DNA of 62,758 nt, filler included, from Asterionella formosa (taxonomy: Eukaryota), in NCBI GenBank assembly GCA_002256025.1. It is 12 parts of 12 records of this genome, joined end to end, with 100 filler letters (N's around TTAATTAATTAA, not from the genome) between each part and the next. Parts side by side here need not be neighbours in the genome. Positions count along the whole stretch, not along the records: positions 20,976 to 26,115 come from NKIB01013203.1; positions 26,216 to 31,355 come from NKIB01013204.1; positions 31,456 to 36,595 come from NKIB01013205.1; 9 more parts are not named here. One strand, given 5' to 3'. A model generated the notes under the pieces. The model was not told where the DNA came from. It searched no databases and saw only the letters and a program-made list of their open reading frames with translations. Positions 22,901-35,457 of the stretch are shown here, in pieces. Made by a program: the position numbers and the translations under genes. How positions within the stretch are numbered: the stretch's first letter is position 1; each line of letters opens with the position of its first letter.

Positions 22901-24403
22901 TCATTTCTTACCTCCCATTTTAGTCACATTTGTATCCTTCTTTTGCATATTCATGAACATGGACTCCAAAGCAATGCTGTTTGTAGACTCACGTAGTTGC
23001 TCGACTTGATCATAAATTGTATTGAACCTTGCTTGCATATCCCTTTGTTTCCCACCCTCCATACCGTTTGTTGCCAACTCCTCCATGGTTTGTATAGTGG
23101 CACTTCAGCAAAACACCTGAACCATCATCACTGCCAGCAATTTCATTACCAGTATCCCCAGTTGTATACTAGCTCTGGGTCCATACATCCCAACTATTTT
23201 CTAAGACGAGCAAGGCATATGCTTCATCCGATACAGTCATGATGGAGGCCATATTTTTTTGTGTTTTTGGCTAGCATAATTACCATACGTCATTACCCGA
23301 GAAAAATGCACTTCTCTAGAATAATGAAGGGATGCTCTTCAGGGAATGGCTTATGGTATTTGGTTGAGCACGTTGCCTTCTTTGATCTGAGGTTGTGAGG
23401 TTCGATTCCTGCAATTTTTTTGAGAAGCAACGATTGTTGCTTGGGTTTGACTCCCACACTCCTTACCGTCCTGCACGGTCTTGCCTGGTGTGCAAGAAAT
23501 AGTGGATTGCCCCCTTACAAGCAGCTTGTGCCGCCTTCCCCAGGCGGTCGGAGTTTCCCCTAACGCTGCGGCTAAGACAATCATCTTTCGTGAAGGGTGG
23601 TTGGGGACTCACCTACGCTAACAAAACTAGGGAAGCACAGGTCTTGTCGGCAGGCAGCACAATGAATACTTGCCTTGAAAAGGGGAGTAGGAATGGGATG
23701 TGAAACAGATTATCATTTTTGAAGGGATGCTCTTCAACTTTACCAACATCTGGTGGTTCTGTCCTGGACTGAACAATCTTATTCCGGGAAAGGAACTGTA
23801 ACTTTCAATAGTACTCAACCATTCCTGTTTTTATAATTAAGTATTGTTTTGAAAAGGAAGCCAACAGCAAGCACGACACCTCATTTTGAACTTACATTTG
23901 AAACCCTTTCTGATTGATGTTGAAACAGCATTCCTTTTTTCAGACAAAATTTTGTTGATGTCACACTTATATGTGAACCAAAATGATTCAAACTCTTCGT
24001 CAGTACCATTTCTGAGTGATGGGAAATGATTACGAAGAGCACCAGCAATGCTTTTGGGTTCCCTAATTTCCAAATCATAATCACCTGTGACAAATTTAAC
24101 TTTTGGAAACAATTCCTCTCTGACCCACCAGCTAGCCAGAAGGTGTGTCCAATGTTTGCACTGGCCAATTCCACCTACTACTCCAATTGTTATACTGTTG
24201 TTTTCAGCTGCTAATTCACGTAGGCGCTTGATTTCCTGTGTACTCCCAGACAATAGAATTTGGAGTTTATCTCTCTCTTGTTCAGCCGTCAACCTCCTCC
24301 CATCTCCTTTGACACTCTCTTCCGCTTCATTATCCTCCTCAAGTTGATAATCATCATATCCATCCGATGCAGGATTGTCTGGTATGGAATCTGTATCAGA
24401 CAA
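22901..24403 (-). pseudogene. Decayed hypothetical gene of a likely multicopy diatom family, interrupted by a SINE
   Basis: Exon 1 has WVREELFPKVKFV; GT-AG intron at 23895-23825. Beyond the SINE it reads TVSDEAYALLVLENSWDVW..YT..KRYGGW..RFNTIYDQV, with stops and frameshifts. Confidence 0.5.
23342..23719 (+). mobile_element. tRNA-derived SINE, family 1, copy A (378 bp, perfect 17-bp TSD)
   Basis: TSD TGAAGGGATGCTCTTCA at 23325-23341 and 23720-23736. A-box-like TGGCTTATGG; B-box GGTTCGATTCC at 23399-23409. Ends CATTTT. Second copy at 33777. Confidence 0.85.
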
Positions 24404-27400
24404 TGATGCAGAATAGGAATTTTCTCCACTGGAGTGGCAGCTGCTGGAAGGCGACGCACAAATGCGTAGCTATTGCGACCTGACGCACTCTGTCAGCAGT
24501 TTATCTGGTAATCTGTTAGGTAGGTAGCCTTGTAGGTGTGGCTCAAAAACGGCCCATAGTAGTGGCTGTGCTTGGCAGCGTCAATGGTACTTCACGTGGT
24601 AACTGCAGAAGAATACCTACCTATTTGGAACGCACAACAGTTCTTTCCAAAAGCCAATCATAAAAGAATAACTGTAATAACACTAAAATTGACGATGAAA
24701 ATTAAAGTCGCCGATGGCGCCATTTTTATGTAGCTAATTTAGAAATGCACAATTGAAGATGACAATCTTTCTAAGGAATTCGACACTTTCACAGTAGCTG
24801 AAAAATGAATAATACTACGGCTATGACAATAGCATGATGAGCGAGTTGAAGCTAAAGATGTGAAAATCGATCTTTATCAAGTGAGAATTGATTTATTGAT
24901 TGTACCGGCAGTATGTGTAGTCGTTAATGCAGGTATCAGTGCCGACAAAGCAATGTATTATTCTTTGGCAGTTGATACCCAAAAAAAATTTGAAAGCAGA
25001 AAAAATAATAAAGAATCGATATTGGGGACGAATTCATGGGAATTCACATGCATTGTCTTCAATCCTCACGCTTGTACACGCGGGACAAAAGTATAGAGCA
25101 GTACGGTAATTTGTACTAGACTAGTAGAAATTGCCTAATAAGAGTAGACAAAGCTATATCTGAGTATGGGAGAAACGAAGCTTTAGCTTAGTACTCGCCA
25201 GTATCAAAGGTAGGCTAAATTTCTAGTCGCGCCTTTGAGGCTCGAAAACTCGTCCATGTAATAATGCGGACAAGCAATGTGTTCGAGTGTAGTGAGGACT
25301 CAATGCTGGGTGATGGTACGGTGTATGCGTACGAGCCCTGGTAGCTGTCCCAAGTAAGCGTAGCGTGATGGTTGGCGGCTTGATGATCGTTTGTGTGAGA
25401 GGGGTACTATGGTGTGGTTTACTATGGGTAAATTGTTAATTTTTCCGCAGGGTTTGCGCAACAGGAGTACCGGTATCTGCTGTACACCCACTCCCCTTCG
25501 ACCTCCGTGATGGCCGTTGACACATGTGTGTACGGAATCTGATGGATATTGTGGTTATATTTTGTCTAGCGCGTTGTATGCTATGCATATGGTGACCGGT
25601 ATTGTGTCTCAATCGATGAGTAGCCACATGTATGAGGCATTTGTGTGCATCGGTGATAGATGCCGGTACCTGGTACCTGGTAGTATATAAAATATTATAT
25701 ATATAGACAAGCTTTTTGTCGGAATCGGTATACCGGTACCAGGTAATCTGTGTACAAGGTACTGTATAATAACATTTGTAATATACCCGCCACCCGGGAT
25801 GTGAGTCCGGCAGATGGAGTGGTATGCCTATACTATACTGGTTGTTTGTAGGCTGCAGCGCCGGAATATTTGTCCGGTCGGTGATGCAATGGTTTTACGA
25901 GTTCATGTGGATTTTGAAAAACGCGATGTCGGCGTTCGTTGGTTTTGTTGTTGTTTTGATGAAATGAAAGGGCGTCGTTGAATAAGGTTTATAGCGGAAC
26001 GGTACGTCGTCGTGGAGGTGGAGCGTACTGAGCAAATAAACGCGATTTCAATGGGCTGGTGTTGCCTATATTTTTACACTGACTACATGCGTTGCCTTTG
26101 TTCAGGTGGGTAAAGNNNNNNNNNNNNNNNNNNNNNNNNNNNNNNNNNNNNNNNNNNNNTTAATTAATTAANNNNNNNNNNNNNNNNNNNNNNNNNNNNN
26201 NNNNNNNNNNNNNNNAATGGTAATTCAGATCGAAAATTTTTGGCTTGCTAAGATTTAACTTGCTACAAATAGTTCAAAAAGTGCAAATTTACTGTTTTGA
26301 TTTGCTTGGCAATTAGGTCATCATGAAATACAAGACAACTTGTATGATCAAGCAGGACCTGGATTGTTATGTTTTGAGTTGTCTTGTTGGAGAAAATCTA
26401 TGGTCATAATGAAGTAGAAGCCAACACGCGAAAACTAATTTGGGGTTACAACTACCTGACAGATTATGTAAACAATCAATTCTACTTGAGTTGAGCCTTC
26501 CATCATCATGATGAAGAAGAATTCACGTGGAAAGAGAAATTCAATTTGGAGCCAGTGAGCATTCAATCGAAAACAAACATATCGGTCAGGTTTGTGTTGA
26601 CTCGTTCGAAAAGTGCATACATTCTGTTTGTTGTAAAGGATAATCTGTCATTATATGAAGAAAACTAGTGATGATTGATATGGAATGCAAAAATCGATTC
26701 GGGTCTGCTGAGAGTTGAACCAAATAGAATAATTAGGTTTGCGTCGACTATTTGGAAATTAGCTTCGTTGTGTTGGATGATCAAGGGTCATATCATAAGG
26801 GATAATAATTCATATTGAAAGTTAGACTCGGTTTGGGTCTGCTGAGAGTTCAACTCAATGAAACAATATAATCTTTTGTCGAATAATTAAAACTGCAAAT
26901 AATGTGTTGTTTTGAGCACAATGAAAGACTTGCCTACAAATAGGGGATTACAAATGGGCTGTAAAACATACTATCCTTTTTGATTTGTAGGATACTGTCA
27001 TCGTCATGACGAAGTTTATTAGTTCATGAACATTGAGATAGTATGATGGTGGTCCACTGACAGCCAGTTCAACTCGAGAAATGTAATACAATTTGAGTTG
27101 TATCCACTTGTTAAAATGAAAACAAGCATAGCTGGTATTGAGTTGTTGATTCTATAATCATAACATAGGATATTGACAGATGTGGAGAATGAAAATATAT
27201 TTAGGCTTGCTGACAGGTTCATTAAAAATAAAATTCTAATTGAGTGGAGTTTGTTCGAAGAAGGGATCGTTGGAACGATAAGCTGTCAAACATTAAACAT
27301 GGTACTGCTGAGTATAGCCAAATTTTGTGGGCATGATAGAGGGATGGGAAATATTTGTGACAAAAGGAAAATTTACTACGCAAATCTAGAATGAAAAGAA

Positions 27401-30400
27401 TAAAGATTTATTTTAATTTTATGGAACATGCTTTACTACTTAACTTGCTTAGCTTATGCATTTCAACTTACATCAACTATTCAATAACTTCCTGCAAGGG
27501 CTACCAAGCGCAATCAGTGGCTTCTTCATGTCACCTTCATGACAACTTGAAATCGAAGTCGCTCCATGGCACACCGATGTGTCTTGAACTACCAAATCAA
27601 TGCCTCCACAGCAACAAACATGCTTGGTGCGCTGGAGTTCAAGTTTAGATCCTAAATCCAAGCAAGACACAGGAAGCAAGTATCTATTGTCGCTCGCCTT
27701 AAAGATTTCCTAATCACTCCTCATTTGACAAACACTTAGTAAACACTTAGTAACACTCTTTCTGAAACTCGTCTTCTCTTACTACTCTGTCAGGAAAATT
27801 TCTAGAAAACCCCTTGACGGTCAACCTTCTTGCGCCACCCAGCCTCGAACACATGTATACTCGCAGGCATGTAGCCACCTTGGGTGTGTATTGCTGGCTG
27901 AGGCATTTCACAAACTCGCTATCGTCGCACCATTCACTTACCTACTGCCCACTCATCGAGTGTAAATGTCAATTTTAGCTCACTCTAGCTAGCCCATCAT
28001 AAAAAATATATCTTGTTTGTTTCCTATCTTCAGCTCGAAATTCGCAATGGGTCCAATACTGCCCATAATTAAAATATAATTTGTATATTTCCTATGTTCG
28101 CATTTTGGCATTACAATTTGTGCCAATTGCCCCTCGGTTTTCCAGCCCTGGGATTGCCGAAACTGGCAAGGGGCCTATTTAAGGAAACCATATGGTTGCT
28201 ATAATAATTTTAAGTACACGTTATAGAGCCTCGACTATAGTGGAGTTTGTTGGGTCGCACTGTGGCCAAGAAGGCCAGCATTGTAGATGTAGGACATTCG
28301 AGTCGGGCAAGGAGCTGATGTGGCTCTTAGATTGTGGAGAAGAAATGTTTTGTAACAGTAATGGTTGTGAGTCATGCAAGGAGCCCATGTGGCTCTTAGA
28401 GTATGGTGAATAAATTGATTGAACAGAAAGTAATGATTGAGGATAGAACTGACAACATAATGTGTCAAAACAGCTTTAAAGTAGGGGTTGAAAAAACTTG
28501 AATAGATATGTGATGTGTTGTATGAATTGGAAGAAAGAGAGATTGAAAAATAGATTGGAAGCAGTGGAAGATAAAATTGATAAGAGATCAATAATTAGAG
28601 GAATGAAAGGCTGCTGTCAAGATTAATTGATAGCTAATGGAACTCTGGAAGTTTGTTCATATCACAGCTTATTTGTTTTGCTGGATATCAAACGATACGT
28701 TAAAAACAGGGATGGAATCATATTATTGCTGGAAGGGAGGTCTTGACAGTGCTGGGATCTTCGACTTGCTTGTTCTGAGGTGTCATTGAGTAAAATCGGA
28801 TGAGTGGTGACAGGCTTTGGCAAAAAAGAGCAATACTTGATGAAATGATGAATCCAATGGTAGATTAGGATTTGAGACAAGAGGAGAAGCTTGGATTGCC
28901 AATGCAGTAGTGAGATCAGAGAAAAGTGAAAATCCTACAGCCTTTGGTAGTACCCAATGGCAGAGAGTGTGGGCCGCAGCAATAGAAAACAGTTTCTTGG
29001 AATTTCCGGAGGGTCTTGGGGTCTTCAAGGTGACAATGAGAGGACTAGAAGTGGTTGAGAGGGAAAGGAAGCTGGTAGGAGGAAGAATAAGCAGTTGTTT
29101 GACAAGTGTGCTGTCGGAGGCTCGCAAAGTAGGCGAAAGTCGCTTCCTCATGAAGGAACAGGTGGATTTGACTAATTTTTGCTGTGGAGTGACCAGCAGG
29201 TCTAACAGTGAAAGTTGAGCATGAAATAAATGGGGGAGGGGTAATTGAAAGGAGCGGCAGTATCCAAAGAGGTGACTGAAGAGGGTGTCAGCAGCAGTAC
29301 TACAGACTGCTAACGTAGGCTAAGTACTAAGAAAAATAGAGGAAATTCGGGATTGTAACCCAGAAAGTGCAATGTTGCGATGTTGAAACTATGTGGGAAG
29401 GAAACCATTTATATACTCTACAGATTTTATTAATTTATATCTAGAATTCACCTCGTTTTTGTTCGTCTGTGGACTCTGGTAATTCACGTTTCATCATGCC
29501 GATTCTCATCCATCATGAACGGTTTGAAGCAAAATCAGTTCACTGATGAGGCCTGTAGCGATTCTTTGTCTATCGGATGCGGTTGGTTGTTGGATTGCTT
29601 GTCTTGTCGAGGGATTCATGTAGTCGCATCATCCATATTTCGTCGGACAAATGATGATATCGATACATCTGATGTTGGTGGCAAGTTTTTGCTCTGGTCA
29701 TGCATGTGATGATGCTGCTTGTTTAATGGTACCCTGGTAGTCATCTAGTCTACATACGTACGTGGTACTGAAAACAACCATGCATGGTATCAGCTAAACT
29801 TTAACGTTTCAATATTATCTCTGTAGACTCAGTATTAGACCAGAAGCCCAATGCTAAATTATATCGCTCACATATTGATTGATTTTATGTACTATATGTC
29901 CGATTTCGTCCTCACAATTATAATTCTCACTCTATCCTGCCTTCCGTTGCTCTATTTGGGCTTGCAATAGGCAATGTTTGTCTTTCTTTGATCCCGCAGT
30001 CTGCTGCTCGTTATGCTAACAGTTGAAGCGGATTGTTGAGTAGAACAGAGAAACACTGAATGTGGATTGTAGATACGATTGTCGAATTTCCGATTTGATT
30101 GCTTCCATGGTTTTTTTAATCGCTTTTGTCGTTGTTTGTCGTTCTGCACTGTCGTTTTGATTCGATTGTATTCATCTACATAAGAACCAATCTATTTATC
30201 GATGACTAATCTTTGAAGGCGTATTGTTGTTGATCATATTTGTTGATTTGTTTAGTCATTTACCATGATGTCAATATTGCCGCCAAGCGATGCTTTTCTT
30301 GTTGTACTAACGCGCTTTGCTACCTTTCTACTATGAGCGCATATCACAAGCTGCGTAACAATACTCAGCTAGAGGGAGTCAATAGTGCAGGAGCAGTCTG

Positions 30401-30934
30401 GCAATCACGCTTGCTCAGAATAGAATGATCAGGGTTGCTTGTTTGGTGGGAGGAATGACTGTGGCGGAAAGATTGCTACTAGTGGTGTCAGGCTACTACA
30501 GCAATGTGAATTGTTGCAGCAACCAGATCATCTACGCTACATAGGGATGCAGGTCTAATTGGTTTTCGCTTTTTTATTCTCATTTCGGTCTTTGATTTTT
30601 TTGTGGTAATGGAAAGTCAATGTTGCCTGTGTCAGTTCTACAATGATTCACAATGCATGTGTCTCCATTGAAAATCCTATTTTTTACTTCATTTCTAAAC
30701 CTAAACAATTTTTTCTATTTCTTATTTGATGCAACTTATTACATCGCATTTCATACTTTGGTTGCTCCAAACATCATATTCAATTTTCATTGATGTTCAA
30801 ATTTCATTGATGTTGCATGTTACAATCATTCTCGTGTGTTTTACCCTTGTTGTACAATCTTTATGCATATTACCGTTATTCTGGTTGTCATGCTAAAATC
30901 GGCAATTTTATTGCCGAAAAATTCGATGTGCCCC

Positions 30935-31022
30935 ATATTGCCCTTAAATATAAATTACTTAGAGCCTAAAAATTACTTAGAAGTACCCGAATGGCAAGAC
31001 GATAGCTAGGGTGGGAATTGCC
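30935..31022 (-). mobile_element. Terminus of a putative DNA-transposon family (GGCAATYCCCACCCTAGYTATCGTC), copy 1
   Basis: The reverse complement aligns with 37820-37920. Internal segment 29530-29645 also aligns with 38970-39085 in the same relative orientation. Confidence 0.55.
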
Positions 31023-31260
31023 TTCAGCAGTTGACAGACGTTGAAGCAAATTGGCCTGGCCTAGCTACACGTTGTGGCAGGTGCCGACGTTGGTCTCTGA
31101 TTTGTCGGAATGCGACGAACCGTTGGCCAACTACCTGGGGGATGCGAAGAGAAGCAGAAGAATCATTTGTTGTTGCTCCCAACGAAAGCGATCACAATAC
31201 CTCGCAGACAAAGGTCATAAGTGCGTCCTTTAGCCACGTCTATCCCGACGAAGCCCCCTT

Positions 31261-31355
31261 TGTTGGAGAAAATATTTTAGGAAAGAAAATCCCGGTATAA
31301 ATTACCTACTACATATTGAATCGAATGAATCAAGAAAGAATATGGTACCAGAGAA
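31261..31355 (+). mobile_element. LTR start (TGTTGGAG...), cut by the contig end
   Basis: 95/95 identity to the reverse complement of 20740-20834, with a different flank (CCCTT). Confidence 0.75.
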
Positions 31356-31455
31356 NNNNNNNNNNNNNNNNNNNNNNNNNNNNNNNNNNNNNNNNNNNNT
31401 TAATTAATTAANNNNNNNNNNNNNNNNNNNNNNNNNNNNNNNNNNNNNNNNNNNN

Positions 31456-31814
31456 AAATCAAACACCGGCATGAAATCCAGGAACAAAACAAGAAGCAGA
31501 AATTGAATCAACGGTTTTTTGAATTGTCACAGAAGGTACAGGCCATCAGAGAGACTGGAAAGGAAGCTGGAAGCTACAACGTAGCTGAACTGAAAACAGT
31601 GGTGACATGGTACAAGCGCAACGGCGATGCGCCGCTTCCAATAACCAGACAGAACTTGTTGGCAAGATATTTGGAGACTTGTTGCCGTGGAGAAAAGGAT
31701 TCTCCATATCCAATTCGGCCTGTTGATGTTTTGCTTGTGGGAGGGCAGGAGCTTAGTAGGGATGAGGGCGATATTGCAGTGGTGTTGATAGGCGCAAGCA
31801 TTTCATGTGGCTGA
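31456..31814 (+). other. C-terminal ORF fragment with a SAP-like motif, possibly a transposase tail; 5'-partial
   Basis: YNVAELKTVVTWYKRNGDAPLPITRQNLLARY; the frame is open from the contig start. Confidence 0.35.
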
Positions 31815-32945
31815 ATGCATTTGCGTGTGATAGTGATATAAATACTGGATGCGAAAATTCTTAAAAATAATTTTGCGAAAACCAAACGGGGTAATCCGTG
31901 ATCATAATGGTATATAAAATTATATACAATTATAGATAAAAATTTAAGTACTGCTGTGACCCATTACCGGCAAATTTTGTCCACATAAAAGGGTTCGTAT
32001 CTCAGTACCTCGACCTTCAATGAGAATACCGACAGATCCACAACCTGCTGACTCCTTTGGTTAACAAGACCTGGAAGTTTGATTCTCGCAAGGCATGGAA
32101 AAGGTTTAGTCGAACTAATCAAACGAATAGGAGAACTCAGTGGGTCACAGCAGTTCTTTACTGGTACTGTACATTCAACGCCGTTCTTGGAAGGTCTACC
32201 CGGTATTTCCAGGTGCCTCGACCTCCTCGTCGTATTTTTCATGGAACAACATACCAGGTTTCTACGCAAGAAGCCTCGTCATTTACACATTCCGGCTGCA
32301 CTGCCTTCACCAACCCATCAATACTGTGATTTGCTCCCTCCCCCACTCTATACCCAGAAAAGCTGAGATCATGTATATTCATGCCTGGCAAGTTGCGTTC
32401 CCATCATCCACTTACTGCTGCCACATTGTCATCATAAATGATTGATAGCACAAGCTGGCTGCTTTGCTCATTTGAAAATGAGAGCTTGCATTGCAATGAT
32501 GATGTTTCTTGGATACATTCCTTTTTGTTTCCATCAGGCCACTATTCCCAAATTTCTGGCAATACATTATTCATCATCATGTGTGCATGCTTTTGTTGTG
32601 TTGTTGCAGCTGAATTTGTCATTATAATCATCCCTGTTGGCCCATTGATCAAGTTTTCAAGCACCAGAGTTAAATGAATGGAGGTATCTCAGGAGGTCCA
32701 GAGCCCAAGCTTGCCATCGATAATAGGCTCTTCATGCACCATTATGGTCATGCCTTTCTGACCAAGCAACAGCAGATAAAATCAGAACTTTCACACTGTG
32801 GTCCTTGCCATTCAAAATTTTTTTCATCCAGCAAAATACTACTAGCCATTAGTCAAATAACATCCTTGTTTAGGTTTGAAAACAACAACAAAAATTATCA
32901 TCCACTTGAATCTATCAATGATGATTCTACCCCGGGTGGATCATG

Positions 32946-33177
32946 GGGGAATGACTTAGTGGTTAGCACACCCCTGTAGTGGCGGGTTTGATTCCTGCAT
33001 TCTCCACCTGTCTTTTTCATATAGTCCCTAGGGTTCCGGGGGTGCGGCTGATGAAAAGACAGGTCCCGTTGTACAGTACAGACGAATAAAACCGGTACTA
33101 ATTGTGTCCATCTATTTGGTGGGCCCAAGTGCAATTATTGGATAGCTTTAATGTACCAAAAAATTTTAATTTGACAT
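32946..33177 (+). mobile_element. tRNA-Ala-derived SINE, family 2 (about 232 bp, ~20-bp TSD)
   Basis: Acceptor stem GGGGAAT/ATTCTCC-A with G3:U70; A-box TGACTTAGTGG; T-arm GCGGG-TTTGATT-CCTGC. TSD at 32926-32945 and 33178-33197 (17/20, all differences C/T). Confidence 0.8.
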
Positions 33178-33776
33178 TTTATCCTGGGTGGATCATGTGT
33201 AAATGGTGACTAAAACAATATAGGAACTATTTGTCATCCATCCTTTGCTTGTCAGATTCAATATTACACCATCCTTCCCCTGTGCTCGTATCATATCCTG
33301 TCTACTGTCCTTAGCAATTAAAAACCGTGGACATTGGCAGAGAAGCAGGTGCTGGCTGATAGCAGAAGAAGATGATGTGTGGTGTGCTTCATAGACGAAA
33401 TCATGTTCTCGTCATTGTATTTTAGAGGCTACCTAGGCGTATCTTTTTGAAAACAATGCAAAAGATTCAATAACATGAGTTGAGATCGCTATTACATATA
33501 CCTGGTGGTATCATAGTATCTTTATTCTTGCCAAATCTGCATGACAGAAAATTGAAGAGTAACGTAAGGCAAAAAACAGACCTAGCTATCATCTGCCTGT
33601 TTCATCATCAGAAAATGAAAACATCTTATTTGAGTGATGCATCTTAGTCTATGATGAAAATCATGTGATCATAAAAATTCAATATGTTATCTTATATGTA
33701 TGATATTTTTTCCCATACATTAAATATAACACTTTTTCGATTATGCAAAATACAATATTACATGTATCGTTTTCAA

Positions 33777-34067
33777 GGGAATAACTTATGGTAGTTGGTT
33801 GAGCATGTTGCATTTGATCTGAAGTTGTGTGGATCAATTTCCGTAATTTTTTTAGAAGCAATTGTTGGATTCGACTTCAACACTCACACACACACAAGCA
33901 GCTTGTGTCGCCATACAGTCGGAGTTTCCCCTAACGCTGCTGCTAAGACAATGACTTACATACGCTAACAAAACTAGGGAAGCACAGGTCTTTTTGGCAG
34001 GCAGCACAATGAATACTTCCCATGAAAAAGGGGAGTAGGTATGGGATATAAAAAGATTTAGCATTTT
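33777..34067 (+). mobile_element. tRNA-derived SINE, family 1, copy B (diverged, internally shorter)
   Basis: Colinear with 23342-23719 from GGGAAT..CTTATGGTA.TTGGTTGAGCA through GTCGGAGTTTCCCCTAACGCTGC and TACGCTAACAAAACTAGGGAAGCACAGGTCTT to CATTTT. No clear TSD. Confidence 0.8.
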
Positions 34068-35457
34068 ACGCATTTTTTTAATTTTGCTCCTGTACCAGCA
34101 AATGTATTGTTTTTTTGTCATCATCATCATCACTTGCTCCGTTTTCGCCCCATATTCAACACTCCAGCAACAATGACGATCTCAACTGCATGTAAATTAA
34201 AAATTTGAATATTGAAATGTACACAATAATAGCTCCAGTCCCAATAATTAAAATAATGTCAAATTTAGCTTTCACTGTTACTGCCCATCTTCTTTCAATA
34301 TGTTTTGTTATGTTATGCAATGATGCTATGCTAAGAAAAAGATGCTAGGGTGGGTTATTGGCTAGTTATTGGCTAGACACTTTCCCACAATAAAAATTGG
34401 AATCTCCAAAGTTAATGATTCAGCATCAAATAAAGAGTTGGCATGTACCAACACTTTAAACTATGACCAAGCAATGTTTCTAAAAATACGCAAGTGAACA
34501 GTCAGGGTGAAAGTCGCATTTGCTTTCACAATTCGTTGCCTGTGGTGGAGGTAGCTAATAGTGTGAACTTGCTTCTTTATTGAAATATTTTTTATTGACA
34601 TAAATCCCCGTCCTGCTAGGAGGGTTTCAAAGGGTCACAATATCAATAAAATACAAATGAGTTTTGATACCGTTCCTATGACACGTAGAGCATCAACAGG
34701 TTTCTCATATAGACACTGCGAACAAATTCAACGCGGCTACCAGTAGTATCCCGTATACCTCGTACTCCTATGTGGTACCAGCCAGGTACTCGGTATGCAT
34801 GTAGCGTTAATTTATTCTCCACAGCGTCAATGCAGCGACAACCACGACATATTTTGCCCTAGTAATTACCGGTAGTCATCAAATAACCCCAGGCACAAAG
34901 TTCAGGGTATGACGTGCGCAATAGTGAAATTCTGCCATTTTCCTACCAGTACTATACAAATATAAAAAAGTGCAAGCAAAATTGGACCAGAAAGCTAAGA
35001 ACACATCAGCAGTCCCAAGGATTGGATTCGAATCTTATATACAAATAGTCCTTTTAGTCGATGTGACTCAATAGAATACTCAGGAGTACCAGTACCACCA
35101 CCGGTACCATCATACGTGGTACCATCTTACGTGCAACTCCTTTTAGACTACTCCATTGCTTGTATACAAGTACCTGGTGGTACCCTTAAGGAATACAAGT
35201 CACGCCGTCGGAGTCATCATGCATACATACCATTAGTAGGTTGATGACTCATCGCCCCCATTCCTGGTCCCTTTCTAATACATAATGATATGTACCAGTA
35301 TTCACGGTACCAGGTGCTTACAATTTTGCTGACTATGTCGTGCACAGACCATCTAACGAATGAATGTGATGAACCAGAATACACAACTCACAATTTACAC
35401 TTCTAACAAATATTGCAAACAACCAAACCATCCAATAATATCACCGACTCTCTCAAA

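Noticed and set aside
23500..23719. Fanzor/TnpB omegaRNA, SRP RNA or group II intron domain V, suggested by GNRA-like hairpins on the minus strand
   Set aside because: No RuvC/TnpB ORF nearby and no matching conserved motifs; the tRNA head and 17-bp TSD explain it as a SINE.
32946..33006. Functional tRNA-Ala gene
   Set aside because: The anticodon arm is truncated and the sequence heads a TSD-bounded insert, so it is a SINE head.
33048..33095. Hammerhead ribozyme (CTGATGA core)
   Set aside because: No stem II closed by GAAA; the CTGATGA is part of the long hairpin. The CTGATGA..GAAA at about 12132 also lacks the required stems.
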